This document shows, in pieces, positions 26,020 to 38,820 of a stretch of 64,000 nucleotides of DNA. The first letter of the stretch is position 1. Each line of letters starts with the position of its first letter. This stretch comes from Haliotis cracherodii (lineage: Eukaryota). Position numbers and translations under genes: made by a program. The stretch lies in NCBI RefSeq assembly GCF_022045235.1, contig NW_027266341.1, forward strand, positions 37,014,001-37,078,000. The letters are read 5' to 3'. Under the pieces are notes generated by a model. The model saw nothing but the letters and a program-made list of their open reading frames with translations. It was not told where the DNA came from and ran no database searches.

Positions 26020-26560
26020 ATATGTCCATCTGGGATCTATGATTATTATGTCCATCAGGGATCCATATCTACTATGTCCATCTGGGACCTGTGATTGTGA
26101 TGTCCATCAGGGGTCTATGACTATTATGTCTATCTGGGATCTATGACTATTATGTCGATCGGGGATCTATGACTGTTATGTCCATCTGCGATCTATTGTT
26201 ACTTGTCCAGCTGGGAACTATCACTACTATGTCAATCTGGGATCTATAATTATTTTTATGTCCATCTGGGATCTATAACTATTATGTCGATCAGGGATCT
26301 ATGACTGTTATGTCCATCTGGGATCTATGACTGTTATGTCCATCTGGGATCTATGACTGTTATGTCCATCTGGGATCTATGATTATTATTTCCATCATGG
26401 ATCTATTATCATTTGTCCATCTGGGAACTATTACTGCTATGTCAATCTGGGATATATCATTATGTTATGTTCATCTGGGATCTATGACCATTATGTTCAT
26501 CTGGGATCTATGAACATTGTGTCCATCTGGGATCTATGATTATTAAGTCCATCTGGGATT
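26020..26560. repeat. ~26-bp minisatellite (atctgggatctatgactgttatgtcc)
   Basis: Seen directly, about 20 degenerate copies. Confidence 0.9.
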
Positions 26561-26734
26561 CAGTAACTGTAGTACCTAGTAGTCAAACCCCAGTCATTGC
26601 CTGGATGTAAACGTGTGACGTAATACTACATTTGCCCTCACCGTACGGACAATAGAGATATACTCAGACGTCAAACTTGTTCACGGGGTTTGGTCAAGAT
26701 CATAAATAAGTGTATAGAGCGTCTGGGCGGAAAG

Positions 26735-26944
26735 CGAAAAGACGTTAAAAGATGGTCCTTGTTACCCTGCCTGGTGCTCATCATTCAGGGGATAAAACAG
26801 AGACTGGTCGGCTCAGGGCCAGTATGTATATTGTTTCTGAGTAGGGTGTTCATGTTAAGCTGCGGCTTGGTATATCTGTGGTTTGGCACTATAAAGCCTG
26901 CATTAGTCCGGACTAGTACAAGCAACCACTCGCACGCACGCACG
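26735..26944 (+). mobile_element. Meta-domain-like SINE (family D)
   Basis: gttaaaagatggtcc...gactggtcggctc...gcactataaa motif order. An antisense homologue lies at 34458-34600. Confidence 0.6.
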
Positions 26945-28030
26945 CCCAGGACTTCTCCCAGGAAGCGCTGCCAAGACGAACCAACCCTGAACTTTTCGGA
27001 GAATGTGAAGACTCCCCAACACCGCAGCCTAATGCATTACCCAGATTGTCAGAAGGGCTGTATTCCCCATAACAAATCCGGGTACTCTCCCAAACCTAAG
27101 AACCTGAGAACAATAGGGAGTCGGACAACTTGGTACTTGGGATGCAAGCATGACATTTCGAAAGCGAGGTCTGCATATTTGTCATGTTTTCCTGAATTTT
27201 GTCAATCACATTAGTGTCAAAAAGGGCAGAACATTCAATAGTATTAATGATTTCATTGGATTTTTTGAAAAGGACAAGATCAGGTTTGTTAGCCTGGATA
27301 CGTCGGAGGCTTTACACGGGCCTATTACAAAGACTTTGTATTTATCATTTTCATGACGCCCTCTACATATTCTGGGTCGTACCAATGATGGGCCTCTGTG
27401 TCAAAACCACAAGCATGGCGAAGACGGTTGTAAAATGACCGAGCTTCTCCATCATGTCGTTAAGATACTGTGTTTGTGCCAAAGCTGGGCATCCGCTGAC
27501 AATTTGTTGGGCAGTCTCACTAAATTCATTGCATAATCTACATTACATATTCACATTTTGATGCAAAATCACACATTGTGGGAAGTGACTGGTCTTGAGC
27601 AGCAAACACAAACCCTTCGGTTTCACATTTCTGAGTCTGGGCGGATTTGATAGGGCAGTTCGCTGGGCTGACACTCATTTCCGTCAACCATTAACAAAAT
27701 CAACATTGACATTGAGATTATGTCCCACATCCTTGTCTCCTTTATGAAAAGTGTTAAATGCCTTGTTTTCATCATGAGTCTTGACATGCTTCACAAGAAT
27801 ATCACCAGACAAATAAATGTGTGAAAAAGTGCACAAGACTATTCTATTACAAAGAGCCTCGCCGTTAATCAAGCCACGCCGTCCCATTATAATTGGTAAA
27901 TGTAAGCGATTGAGCGAGGGTTGTGGGATCTATTGCCTGATTCTTCCTGAGAGGAAATCAATACCCTGATTTTCTTGTTTCGTCCAATCAACAACACCCT
28001 TAAATAGACGAAAGGAAGGGTAAGTATACA
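26945..28030 (-). mobile_element. Decayed Dong/R4-clade LINE fragment
   Basis: GVVDWTKQE...RLHLPIIMGRRGL; EGFVFAAQDQSLPT; CRLCNEFSETAQQIVSGCPALAQTQY..RHD (degenerate zinc motif); RLE end matching 16950-17230. Confidence 0.8.
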
Positions 28031-28249
28031 TCATGCATCCCTAAAAATGTACACGACATAATACATCATGCATGCATCCAAACCAAATACCATCTTTCCA
28101 AAGTAAAGTCCACTGACTGTCCACAGCTACACGGTCCTGAGCAAATCCCAAATAGCAAATATCTTTGCAAGGGAAGTCAAATCTTTTGGGTAGTCAATGG
28201 TGGACAATCGAGTGAAGGAAAGTTTGAACGAGCTTGTTTCTTCCAGTAA

Positions 28250-28479
28250 TTACACAGTTGTTATCATTGGTCCTGCTTCATGTACTGTGGTATTCGTTGT
28301 TATGCACTCATTGTAGTATGGTGGCGGGACTTTCAGAGGCTGGGCCGCAGATGTTGAAGTCGTTGAGTAGTCAACGTGTGGAGAACGCGCTGTAGAATTT
28401 GTAGAAGGGGGACGGAATTGTCTTGCTCTTAAAGGCGGCCTCATTGGGTTTCCAAAGTCATCTGTTTCTGCTGAATAAC
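28250..28479 (-). CDS. Gene C exon 4: cytoplasmic tail with PPPY
   Basis: cttgatccag|GT, phase 1. Encodes GYSAETDDFGNPMRPPLRARQFRPPSTNSTARSPHVDYSTTSTSAAQPLKVPPPYYNECITTNTTVHEAGPMITTV*. Confidence 0.75.
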
Positions 28480-28943
28480 CTGGATCAAGATTTGATAACA
28501 ATTATGGAACCTGGTAAATAATCGAAACGGGGACATTTTAAAACGTTACATGTCAGTGAAGGTTTTATGACAACATATAAATCACCAGATTCATCAATAA
28601 AGGTAATTGATCACTTGTTCACAAAATCTGACAGTTTCATATAATTTCATAGTTGTGCTAAGCTTATGTATAATAGTGATCAGAAATGACATGTCTTCAC
28701 AAAAGAAATAAAAATATAGGCATTTGTTTTGAAATATTAGATTACAGTATATCCATTGGTCATGAGTATTTTACTTGTTTGATAAGTGGGACTGTTCAGT
28801 CCAATCTTGGTCGCAGAAAAAAGAAAGTAAGAACTGTTACATACCAGTACTTACAAGAAACGTCTTACAGCTTCTTTTCATCCAAACATTTTACCTAACA
28901 GGACCAATCAGTTTTGCCATTGCTCCTTATACATACACCACAT

Positions 28944-29180
28944 TTTGTTTGTTTGTTTGTTGTTTAACGCCGCACTCAGCAATATTCCATCTATATGACG
29001 GCGGTCTGTAAAAAAATCGAGTCTGGACCAGACAATCCAGTGATTGACATCATGAGCATCGATCCACGCAATTGGGATCGATGCCATGTATCAACCAAGT
29101 CAGCGAGCCTGACCACCCGATCCCGTTAGTCGCCTTTTACGACAAGCATAGTCGCCTTTTATGACAAGTATGGGTTGCTG
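28944..29180 (-). mobile_element. Nin-domain SINE (family C), antisense
   Basis: Reverse complement of 35548-35817, including the (aaac)n tail. Confidence 0.88.
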
Positions 29181-29587
29181 AACATACACAGCAACAGTAT
29201 GATCCAGTGAAGTAATCACACGTGTCGAATGTATTTAGTTTCGCTGCACAGCCTCCTTCCAAGTACAACCAATACGCAGCCGACATTGTGACCTCCCGAT
29301 CCCGCTGTGCCTTCGATATCCCCACAATTTTGGTGATAAGAAATACAAATTATGCCAAAAGTTGGCTTGATGACAGTGTTCATTTATGCATCTTCAGGCA
29401 ACATCGACACTGTTCTCATGGATTATTTAGATCTGCTCATGTGCAGATATCTTTCCCCAGATTTGCAGCAAATGACAGAAAAGCCCGAATTTGAATTAAA
29501 AATGTCCCAATTCCTCATAATTCACGAAACTATGAATAGTAAATAATCCATTTTTTAACAATACCAAAATTGTCCCCGGTTTTCCTG

Positions 29588-29788
29588 ACCCGTGAAGATC
29601 TCAGGGTAGAATAGATCTTCAGTATCCAATGCTTTCCGTAAAAGGCGACTATGCTTGTCGTAAAAAGCGACTAACGGGATCGGGTGGGCAGGCCCAATTG
29701 CGTGGATCGATGTTCATGTTGTCAAACACTGGATCACAATATATCTGGAATATTGCTGAGTGCGGCGTAAAACAACAAACCAACCAAC
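29588..29788 (+). mobile_element. Nin-domain SINE (family C), internally deleted
   Basis: acccgtgaagat...ggcgactatgcttgtcgtaaaaagcgactaacgggatc...gcggcgtaaaacaacaaac. Confidence 0.85.
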
Positions 29789-30146
29789 CCAGTTTTCCTT
29801 CTAGAGTTTGGAAACCTAGATGTACCCCTTGTTCCTGTTTCTGTTCACAGGCATAAACATTTCAAAACAGATCCGACCCTGACAATTTTATAATGCTGAA
29901 TTCGATTATTGCTAACCTTTTTCTTTTCCGTAGTGCGAACTGTCCTGATTACCGACAATGATGTTTGTGATTTTGTCAGGAAAGTGTTCTAAATTTTAAA
30001 GCAATTTGGCACAATACTTTGTTAGAAGGTTGGAGTGTTTGGGAATTTGAAATAGAAAATAAATTCATATTAAACGTTAACGCCTACCCATTTTATAAAA
30101 AAGTAATGAGAACATTTTATGTAAAATTAGTATTGATGTGACCTAC

Positions 30147-30316
30147 CTGTGTTTATCACAGCAAGATGACTTGTGTGTATCACGTGACGGTGTTGCTTGG
30201 ATGCTACCCCGCGACAGTAGACACAGCAGCAAGCAATTCCAAACACAAGGATAAGGGGGAAGATGACAGCACAGACGATTGCAACATTTACTCCAGTTGG
30301 CAAACCAACGGATTTA
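30147..30316 (-). CDS. Gene C exon 3: transmembrane helix plus Cys cluster
   Basis: tgtttttgttttag|T ... G|GTAGGT, phase 2 to phase 1. Encodes KSVGLPTGVNVAIVCAVIFPLILVFGIACCCVYCRGVASKQHRHVIHTSHLAVINT. Confidence 0.85.
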
Positions 30317-30390
30317 CTAAAACAAAAACAAACAACTTCGACCTTGACAAGGTTCGAGGATCCTTACAGCCATATGTGATCAAATAAGCC

Positions 30391-30494
30391 AATGACAGCG
30401 TGGATGTATAATGACAGCGTGGATGTATAATGACAGCGTGGATGTATAATGACAGCGTGGATGTATAATGACAGCGTGGATTTATAATGACAGC
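30391..30494. repeat. 19-bp minisatellite (tgacagcgtggatgtataa), ~5 copies
   Basis: Seen directly. Confidence 0.9.
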
Positions 30495-30577
30495 AATGTG
30501 ATAACTAAAGAACTAACCAGCGAAGGATCATGACCATTATGAATGAACATTAGACTATTCAATCTCATGTAGGGGTG

Positions 30578-31614
30578 GATGGGTATAGTAGCCTAGTGGA
30601 TGTAATATATAGATGGGTATAGTAGCCTAGTGGATGTAATATATAGATGGGTATAGCAGCCTAGTGGATGGAATAAATAGATGGGTACAGTAGCCTAGTG
30701 GATGTAATATATAGATGGGTACAGTAGCCTAGTGGATGTAATATATAGATGGGTATAGTAGCCTGGTGGATGTAATATATAGATGGGTACAGTAGCCTAG
30801 TGGATGTAATATATAGATGGGTACAGTAGCCTAGTGGATGTAATATATAGATGGGTATAGTAACCTGGTGGATGTAATATATAGATGGGTACAGTAGCCT
30901 AGTGGATGTAATATATAGATGGGTACAGTAGCCTAGTGGATGTAATATATAGATGGGTACAGTAGCCTGGTGGATGTAATATATAGATGGGTACAGTAGC
31001 CTAGTGGATGTAATATATAGATGGGTACAGTAGCCTAGTGGATGTAATATATAGATGGGTACAGTAGCCTAGTGGATGTAATATATAGATGGGTACAGTA
31101 GCCTGGTGGATGTAATATATAGATGGGTACAGTAGCCTACTGGATGTAATATATAGATGGGTACAGTAGCCTAGTGGATGTAATATATAGATGGGTACAG
31201 TAGCCTAGTGGATGTAATATATAGATGGGTACAGTAGCCTAGTGGATGTAATATATAGATGGGTATAGCAGCTTAGTGGATGTAATATATAGATGGGTAC
31301 AGTAGCCTAGTGGATGTAATACATAGATGGGTATAGTAGCCTAGTGGATGTAGTATATAGATGGGTACAGTAGCCTAGTGGATGTAATATATAGATGGGT
31401 ACAGTAGCCTAGTGGATGTAATATATAGATGGGTATAGTAGCCTAGTGGATGTAATATATAGATGGGTACAGTAGCCTAGTGGATGTAATATATAGATGG
31501 GTACAGTAGCCTAGTGGATGTAATATATAGATGGGTACAGTAGCCTGGTGGATGTAATATATAGATGGGTACAGTAGCCTAGTGGATGTAATATATAGAT
31601 GGGTACAGTAGCCT
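30578..31614. repeat. 34-bp minisatellite (gatgggtacagtagcctagtggatgtaatatata), ~30 copies
   Basis: Seen directly; highly homogeneous. Confidence 0.95.
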
Positions 31615-31849
31615 GAAAAGGCATATATTTTAAGTTTTGTTAAAATGTAAGAAAAAATGAAACTAGTATAGCCTTACCAATACATTCAGCGTTTAAAGTC
31701 ATGAAGGGTACAAATAAATAAAGTCTAGTTCTCATTTATTTGACCACTTTAGAAAACTATGAATATTTCTAAATATTTCGCTCATTTCATATCAAGGGCC
31801 CTTACTATGCTACCTTGCCATACACGACCATGAATGTATCAGCACCCAC

Positions 31850-31941
31850 CTTGAGGAGTCTGTATCTGAGTGAGCCACAGCAACCACGAGGACATGACAG
31901 GGGTAGACCAGCCTCATCTTCGCAATACGCTGACGTATAGG
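31850..31941 (-). pseudogene. Gene C exon 2: Cys ectodomain with apparent frameshifting deletion (only 4 of 6 Cys)
   Basis: ctgtgtttttag|CC. Encodes SYTSAYCEDEAGLPLSCPRGCCGSLRYRLLK|GTGGGT. 92 nt, phase 0 where paralogs are phase 2. It ends TCAAG|GTGGGT exactly like gene D exon 2. Confidence 0.7.
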
Positions 31942-32071
31942 CTAAAAACACAGAAAAAGGAAACCTTATAGAGTGAGACCCTATTCATCCGTAAGATTGC
32001 GTTCCATGTGAATCCGTCCGGATTAACAAGTGCCCGGATAAACGAATAAGGGGTACGTACATGTAATAGTT

Positions 32072-32075
<4 letters not shown>

Positions 32076-32132
<57 letters not shown>
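32076..32132. repeat. (GA)n microsatellite
   Basis: Seen directly. Confidence 0.95.
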
Positions 32133-32134
<2 letters not shown>

Positions 32135-32629
32135 ATATTTTATTAAGATGTCACGTGCAAATAACATATACAATATAAACAATTATCATTATTATTGCAC
32201 CCAGCCTTTACATGCTTATGAGACATCGTATGTACATTAAAACATGTATAAAAGCATCTAAGTAAAACATTGTAACATCATCCTTTCTTATTCCAGCAGC
32301 CAAGGAACTGTCAATTTTGTTGGACACCATATTTTAACGTTATATGTGCTTATTAAGATCGCAAGTTACCAAATGGCTGACTATTTTTAGTACAAAATAA
32401 TAGGAAAAATAACCATCAAAACACCTATTTATGTGTATGCTTACACCAGTATGATTAAACCACTTGATTAGTACCTACGTGCAAGTTTTAAATGTTAAGG
32501 AATATCTTCTAGTAAGAATACCAAATGTTAATTTCAAAAGACATAGTTTTAGACTGTTGTCGATGTGTAGATATCTAATAATATGAAGACCGTTACTTTT
32601 CAGGGAAAGTGACTTTACATCTCAGACAA

Positions 32630-33130
32630 GCACGTCTTTAGTCTGCGTCCTCCTGCGAAACATTTTTTAGAATTGTTGTAGCTAAAACACTTTGTATATG
32701 TGGGTTATTCATCAAGATCTTAAGTTTATCTACATCATGTACGGTCGCGTTGGCCAGATTTGCTTTTTCGAGCAGTAAGATTCTAAAATCAGAATAAAAG
32801 GGGCATTTTAAAAGGAAGTGCATTTCGTCCTCGACACATGAATGGTGACAGAATTTACAGACTCTGTTTTGCAGCGGTACAGATGGCCTACATATTCTAC
32901 CGGTCTCTATTTGTAGAGGGAGAGTTCCACAGCGAAACTTAGCTAGGATACTTCTGTGTGATCTTGGCATTATCTTGTTTACATAGGTTTCTGTTGTCAG
33001 GTATGTCTTGAAAATCCTATACGTCCGTAACTTGTTTCCATTACTCTGTCCACTGTCATCATGGTGACTTGTAAGCCACTTTTCTTTGTCAAGTTGTAAC
33101 AGCTCTGATTTGACATATATGTCCCTAACA
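32630..33130 (-). mobile_element. LINE 3'-end fragment (CR1/RTEX-group C-terminal zinc region)
   Basis: GNKLRTYRIFK...RSILAKFRCGTLPLQIETGR...RVCKFCHHSCVEDEMHFLLKCPFY. Confidence 0.85.
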
Positions 33131-34017
33131 AAGATCTTCCGGTTAGTGAATTATCCAAATGACCGGATGCAAGTACCGGATTAACGTTCATGTAGTAATT
33201 ACCGTATTTACACTATTAGACGCAATGAATCCAATACACATCGTTGTCTATTACGAAGTCGGGTCCATCTCTTGATAAAGTTAATTATCCCTATCACATT
33301 TACTTAAATTGCGTAATTCCGTATCTCCACGTGCCTTTGGATACGGAATGTGACGGGTACACGTTTTGTTTGTTTGTTGTTTTTTGTTGTTGTTTTGGGT
33401 GTGTGTGTTTGTTTGATGTTTGTTTTTGTTTTTTGGGGGGAGGGGGAGAATCGGTGAGGAATAGCTATCAACGTGCCTGCGTTAACCAGAATTTCGTCAA
33501 GACATTACGTGTGAAACTATACAGTTTAAAACATCTTATTTGCCTATAATTTTTACCATTGATAAGGCCATTCAACAGTGGATTTCTAATCTTTCATCGG
33601 TTCTTCATTCACATATTCACCCTTTTACACACGTGTACATATCATCCGGCCCAGCGCTTCATTAAAATCTTCACTGTGGATAGTCGCACATGGGAAGTAA
33701 CTCCGAAGTCCTCCGCCTCTTCCGGAAATAACGCTCTAACAATATAGGTCGACAATACAGCAACCGTTCGATTTTATTTAGATTTCTTTTTTTCTTTTTT
33801 TTCTTCCGTCCGCTCACTCTGAAGATGCAGATGGAGATCCGAAACACATTATAATGTCGATGTTCTGATACTGAACTGCTATTTTTATCCATTACTGCTA
33901 CGCGACGGTATTTCACACACGATAGATCATCATTCATTCATATCCTATACCTTGGGATACCTTGTTTGAAACGCACAAAAAAAACCACTGACAATTCTAC
34001 CACACGTGTATACTCAC

Positions 34018-34066
34018 AAATAGTTGTTAAAGTGAGAAATGTAAAAACAATCAGCGATGAATTCAT
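34018..34066 (-). CDS. Gene C exon 1: signal peptide
   Basis: MNSSLIVFTFLTLTTI + T|GTGAGT, 49 nt, phase 1. Confidence 0.82.
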
Positions 34067-34287
34067 AGCCGTATCGATACACGAAATGTAATGACTGCAA
34101 ACATACAACAGGGTATTCTCCACCGACAGGTATTATCTGACTGCTCACATCCTCCTATGTAGGTCAAGCTATTGCGACAGGTCCGCCTGGAATGGGCTCA
34201 CATTTGTCCGGTCGAAACATTGTGTTGACACAGTGAGCTGGACTACCTTATCAGGTGAGGTGAAATGTGGTTAACGTCGCGTTCAAG

Positions 34288-34457
34288 NNNNNNNNNNNNN
34301 NNNNNNNNNNNNNNNNNNNNNNNNNNNNNNNNNNNNNNNNNNNNNNNNNNNNNNNNNNNNNNNNNNNNNNNNNNNNNNNNNNNNNNNNNNNNNNNNNNNN
34401 NNNNNNNNNNNNNNNNNNNNNNNNNNNNNNNNNNNNNNNNNNNNNNNNNNNNNNNNN
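34288..34457. other. Assembly gap (N)
   Basis: Run of N. Confidence 1.
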
Positions 34458-34600
34458 ACTAATGCCGATTTTATAGTGCCATCCCACCATGCCGAAGTTT
34501 AACATGAAAAGCCCTCTCAGATACTGTATATAAGCCGACCAGTCCTTTTTTAACCCCTTCACCCCCAGGCAGGGTAACAACAAGTACCATCTTTTAACAT
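34458..34600 (-). mobile_element. Meta-domain-like SINE (family D) fragment, antisense
   Basis: Reverse complement aligns by eye with 26740-26910. Confidence 0.55.
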
Positions 34601-35294
34601 CTTAGGCATAAGTCCGGAGTAATACAAGCAGCCACACACACACACGTGCATGCACATCGCAATGTGACTGAAATCATCTTAAATGTTACCTTAAACCCTA
34701 ATTGACATCACCTCACTTCACCTCTGATAAGGCCTTCCATATTTGTTTCTCATCTCCAACCTAACCCGGCTAGAGAATGGGCGGTCGAATTTATTCAGTG
34801 AAATTTTAGAGTTCCTACACTTCCAAATAGTCCTTATATTAATTTATGACGTAGACCGAGTCGCTTTGCTTTGGAAGCGAATTGTAAATAAATACAGCTG
34901 AAAAAAGATCAAGCTGAGCTGTTTATTTAGTGTGCAATTGTTTAAGTATTGTTTTTATCAAAAAATTAAGATGAGAACACTTTTTATTATTTCGCGTTGG
35001 AACGAAAATTCAGGGTGGGCGGGAGATGGGAAACACACACAAAATACGGTCAGCCTCAGTGGGAACACGGGAGGCACAGCCGTATAATTTGGTATACAGA
35101 ATTGCGTCCCTTAGGCGTGCCGGAATCCTGTGATCATGGACTAGAATACCAGAATCGCCATGATTATGATTCCTTGTATGTTAGCACCACACCCGTGCTG
35201 ATGAATTAAATATCTAGGACCTGCATCACTTCGGACATTCCTCCAACATTAAGATGACACGCCGTGACTGAAGCGCTGATAAAATACTGGCCCC

Positions 35295-37622
35295 TACCAG
35301 ACACAATGTCAGGTTGACCACATCGTATGACTTCATAATTACCCCTTGACTCAATGTTCGACCAGGAGACACAATGCCAGGTTGACCTCATCGTGTGACT
35401 TCATGATTACCCCTTGATTTATTGTTTGACTAGGAACCATCAAGTGCTGGTTGGCCTCATCGTATGCCTTCATAATTACCCCTTGACTAAATGTTTGACC
35501 AGAAGACACAATGTCAGGTTGACCTCATCGTGTGACTTCATAATGTAACCCGTGAAGGTCCGGGGTAGAATAGGTCTTCAGCAACCCATGCTTGCCGTAA
35601 AAGGTGACTATGCCTGTCGTAAGAGGCGAGTAACGGGATCGGGTGGTCAGGCTCGCTGACTTGGTTGATGCATGTCATCGATCCCAATTGTGTGTAACGA
35701 TGCTCATGATATTAATCACTGGATTGTTTGGCCCAGACTAGATTATAAACACACCGCCGTCATATAGCTGGAATATTGTTGAGTGCGGCGTAAAACAACA
35801 AACCAAACCAAACCAAAGACTTCATAATTACCCCTTGACTCAATGTTTGACCAGGAAACATCAAGTGCAGGTTGGCCTCATCGTATGACGTTAAAAATAC
35901 CCCTTGACTCAATGTTTGACCAGAAGACACAATGTCAGGTTGACCTCATCGTGTGACTTCATGATTACCCCTTGACTCATTGTTTGACCAGGAAACACAA
36001 TGTCAGGTTGACCACATCGTGTGACTTCATGATTACCCCTTGACTCAATGTTTGACCAGAAAACACAATGTCAGGTTGACCACATCGTGTGACTTTATGA
36101 TTACCCCTTGACTCAATGTTTGACCAGAAAACACAATGTCAGGTTGACCACATCGTGTGACTTTATGATTACCCCTTGACTCAATGTTCGACCAGAAGAC
36201 ACAATGTCAGGTTGACCTCATCGTGTGACTTCATGATTACCCCTTGACTCAATGTTTGACCAGAAAACACAATGTCAGGTTGACCACATCGTGTGACTTC
36301 ATGATTACCCCTTGACTCAATGTTTGACCAGAAAACACAATGTCAGGTTGACCACATCGTGTGACTTTATGATTACCCCTTGACTCAATGTTTGACCAGA
36401 AAACACAATGTCAGGTTGACCACACCGTGTGACTTCATGAATACCCATTGACTCAATGTTTGACCAGGAAACACAATGCCAGGTTGACCTCATCGTGTGA
36501 CTTTATGATTACCCCGTGACTCATTGTTTGACCATGAAACACAATGTCAGGTTGACCACATCGTGTGACTTCATGATTACCCCTTGACTCAATGTTTGAC
36601 CAGAAAACACAATGTCAGGTTGACCACATCGTGTGACTTTATGATTACCCCTTGACTCAATGTTTGACCAGAAAACACAATGTCAGGTTGACCACATCGT
36701 GTGACTTCATGAATACCCCTTGACTCAATGTTTGACCAGGAAACACAATGCCAGGTTGACCTCATCGTGTGACTTTATGATTACCCCTTGACTCATTGTT
36801 TGACCAGGAAACACAATGTCAGGTTGACCACATCGTGTGACTTCATGATTACCCCTTGACTCAATGTTTGACCAGAAAACACAATGTCAGGTTGACCACA
36901 TCGTGTGACTTTATGATTACCCCTTGACTCAATGTTTGACCAGAAAACAAAATGTCAAGTTGACCTCATCGTGTGACTTTATGATTACCCCGTGACTCAT
37001 TGTTTGACCAGGAAACACAATGCCAGGTTGACCAGATAGTATGACTTTATGATTACCCCTTGACTCAATGTTTGACCAGGAGACACAATGCCAGGTTGAC
37101 CTCATCGTGTGACTTCATGATTACTCCTTGACTCAATTTTTGACCAGGAGACACAATGCCAGGTTGACCTCATCGTATAACCTCATAATTACCCCTTGAC
37201 TTAATGTTTGACCAGGATAAACAATGCCAGATTGACCACATCGTATGACTTTATGATTACCCCTTGACTCAATGTTCGACCAGGAGACACAATGCCAGGT
37301 TGACCTCATCGTGTGACTTCATAATTACCCCTTGACTTATTGTTTGACTAGGAACCATCAAGTGCTGGTTGGCCTCATCGTATAACCTCATAATTACCCC
37401 TTGACTTAATGTTTGACCAGGATAAACAATGCCAGATTGACCACATCGTATGACTTTATGATTACCCCTTGACTCAATGTTTGACCAGAAGACACAATGC
37501 CAGGTTGGCCTCATTGTATGACTTCATAATTACCCCATTGACTCAATATTTGACCAGGAAACACAATGCCAGGTTGACTTCATCGTATGACTTCAAAATT
37601 CCCTTGGATGCAACGTTTGACA
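35295..37622. repeat. 68-bp satellite, ~30 copies, most units containing TGACTCA; interrupted by a SINE
   Basis: Unit tgtcaggttgaccacatcgtgtgacttcatgattaccccttgactcaatgtttgaccagaaaacacaa (period 36001 to 36069). Confidence 0.95.
35548..35817 (+). mobile_element. Nin-domain SINE (family C) inserted into the satellite, with TSD
   Basis: TSD gacttcataat at 35534-35544 and 35818-35828; (aaacc)n tail. Confidence 0.9.
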
Positions 37623-38572
37623 AGGGCTAAATTTACAGGTCACCGGCTGAGCTCGAGCTCTCGTGACGTGATATCACGATTTTTCACACTTGTTACAAGA
37701 TGAGGCTAATATACCGAAACCTATTCCACAATGCTGAAATAACTATACTATGAAATTCTTAATATAATACTTGGTCCGTTGCCACCATATTCACAGGTTT
37801 CCATGGTGTTAATAAAACTCTGCTGAAGGTTTATGGACGAGATTATATCAGTCAGCTCTATCGCAGCGGCGTGTAAATACCGAGCGTGGACCATACAAAC
37901 AAGAGGTTGATGTGATGACCAGCATCGGCGTACGACGGCGCGCTATCAACCATGTCGCCGATTCTGATCATTCGATCACTGTTTTAGTCAGCTCTTACGA
38001 CAAGCGTGAGTTATAATCGACAAGGAATACCCACAGGTAGAATAGTTAACATGATGAACATGTATCCATAGTAAGTCTGTTATGACGTACACTGTGATTC
38101 TTACGTTTTCTAGATTAACAACAATGACACAACAAGTGATATCTTCAAATAGATACTTCGGTTAAGAAGCGTATTGAACTCTGTTGTGATGGCTGTTAAG
38201 ACATTATGAAGGCTATACCATTCCTTAAAACTCCATGTTCTTTAATGATTTACAACATTTCCAGGTATTTTCTCTCATTGTAAGCCAGTTTGCAACCATT
38301 GATCAAGCTAAGTTCCCGAGGGAACGACCATTTGATATTGTGATGTTTGATAATTGAAAAAACAGTTTGTTCCAGGAAATACTCAGAAAATAATTTTCCT
38401 TACGTAACAAATTGGTCACTTGATATGCAGTATGTCCAGTAGTGCTCGAAACATCTTCCGTATCCGACAAACATAATAATTATTATACATCACGTTAAAA
38501 AGTCTTCATTTTGAGAATCGTGCCATCATGTCTACACCATCATGTTTAAAACAGTCCTGCAGCATAATAACA

Positions 38573-38820
38573 TCACTCCTTTACATATAGTTGCACACGT
38601 GTCTCCTGTGGTTGATGGGTGGTCATGCACTGTTCATAGGACGGAGGTGATGATGTTGTCTGCAACAGAGATGCTGCTCCTGTGTAGGTGTATGTTTCAG
38701 CTGCTGACACACTGTAGGGTGGAGGAGGGTGTGCCGTGCATGTCGGTGGTGAGAAGAAGATGGCAGATGTCAGTGGACCTGCGTAAGCGTGTCCCAAGTT
38801 GTGGATCCTTACAGGCGGAC
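38573..38820 (-). CDS. Gene D exon 4: cytoplasmic tail with PPPY and PPSY
   Basis: ctgtctgtcacag|GT, phase 1. Encodes GPPVRIHNLGHAYAGPLTSAIFFSPPTCTAHPPPPYSVSAAETYTYTGAASLLQTTSSPPSYEQCMTTHQPQETRVQLYVKE*. Confidence 0.85.

Noticed and set aside
30578-37622. Regular repeats as a possible CRISPR array
   Set aside because: Head-to-tail units with no unique spacers, eukaryotic context, no cas genes.
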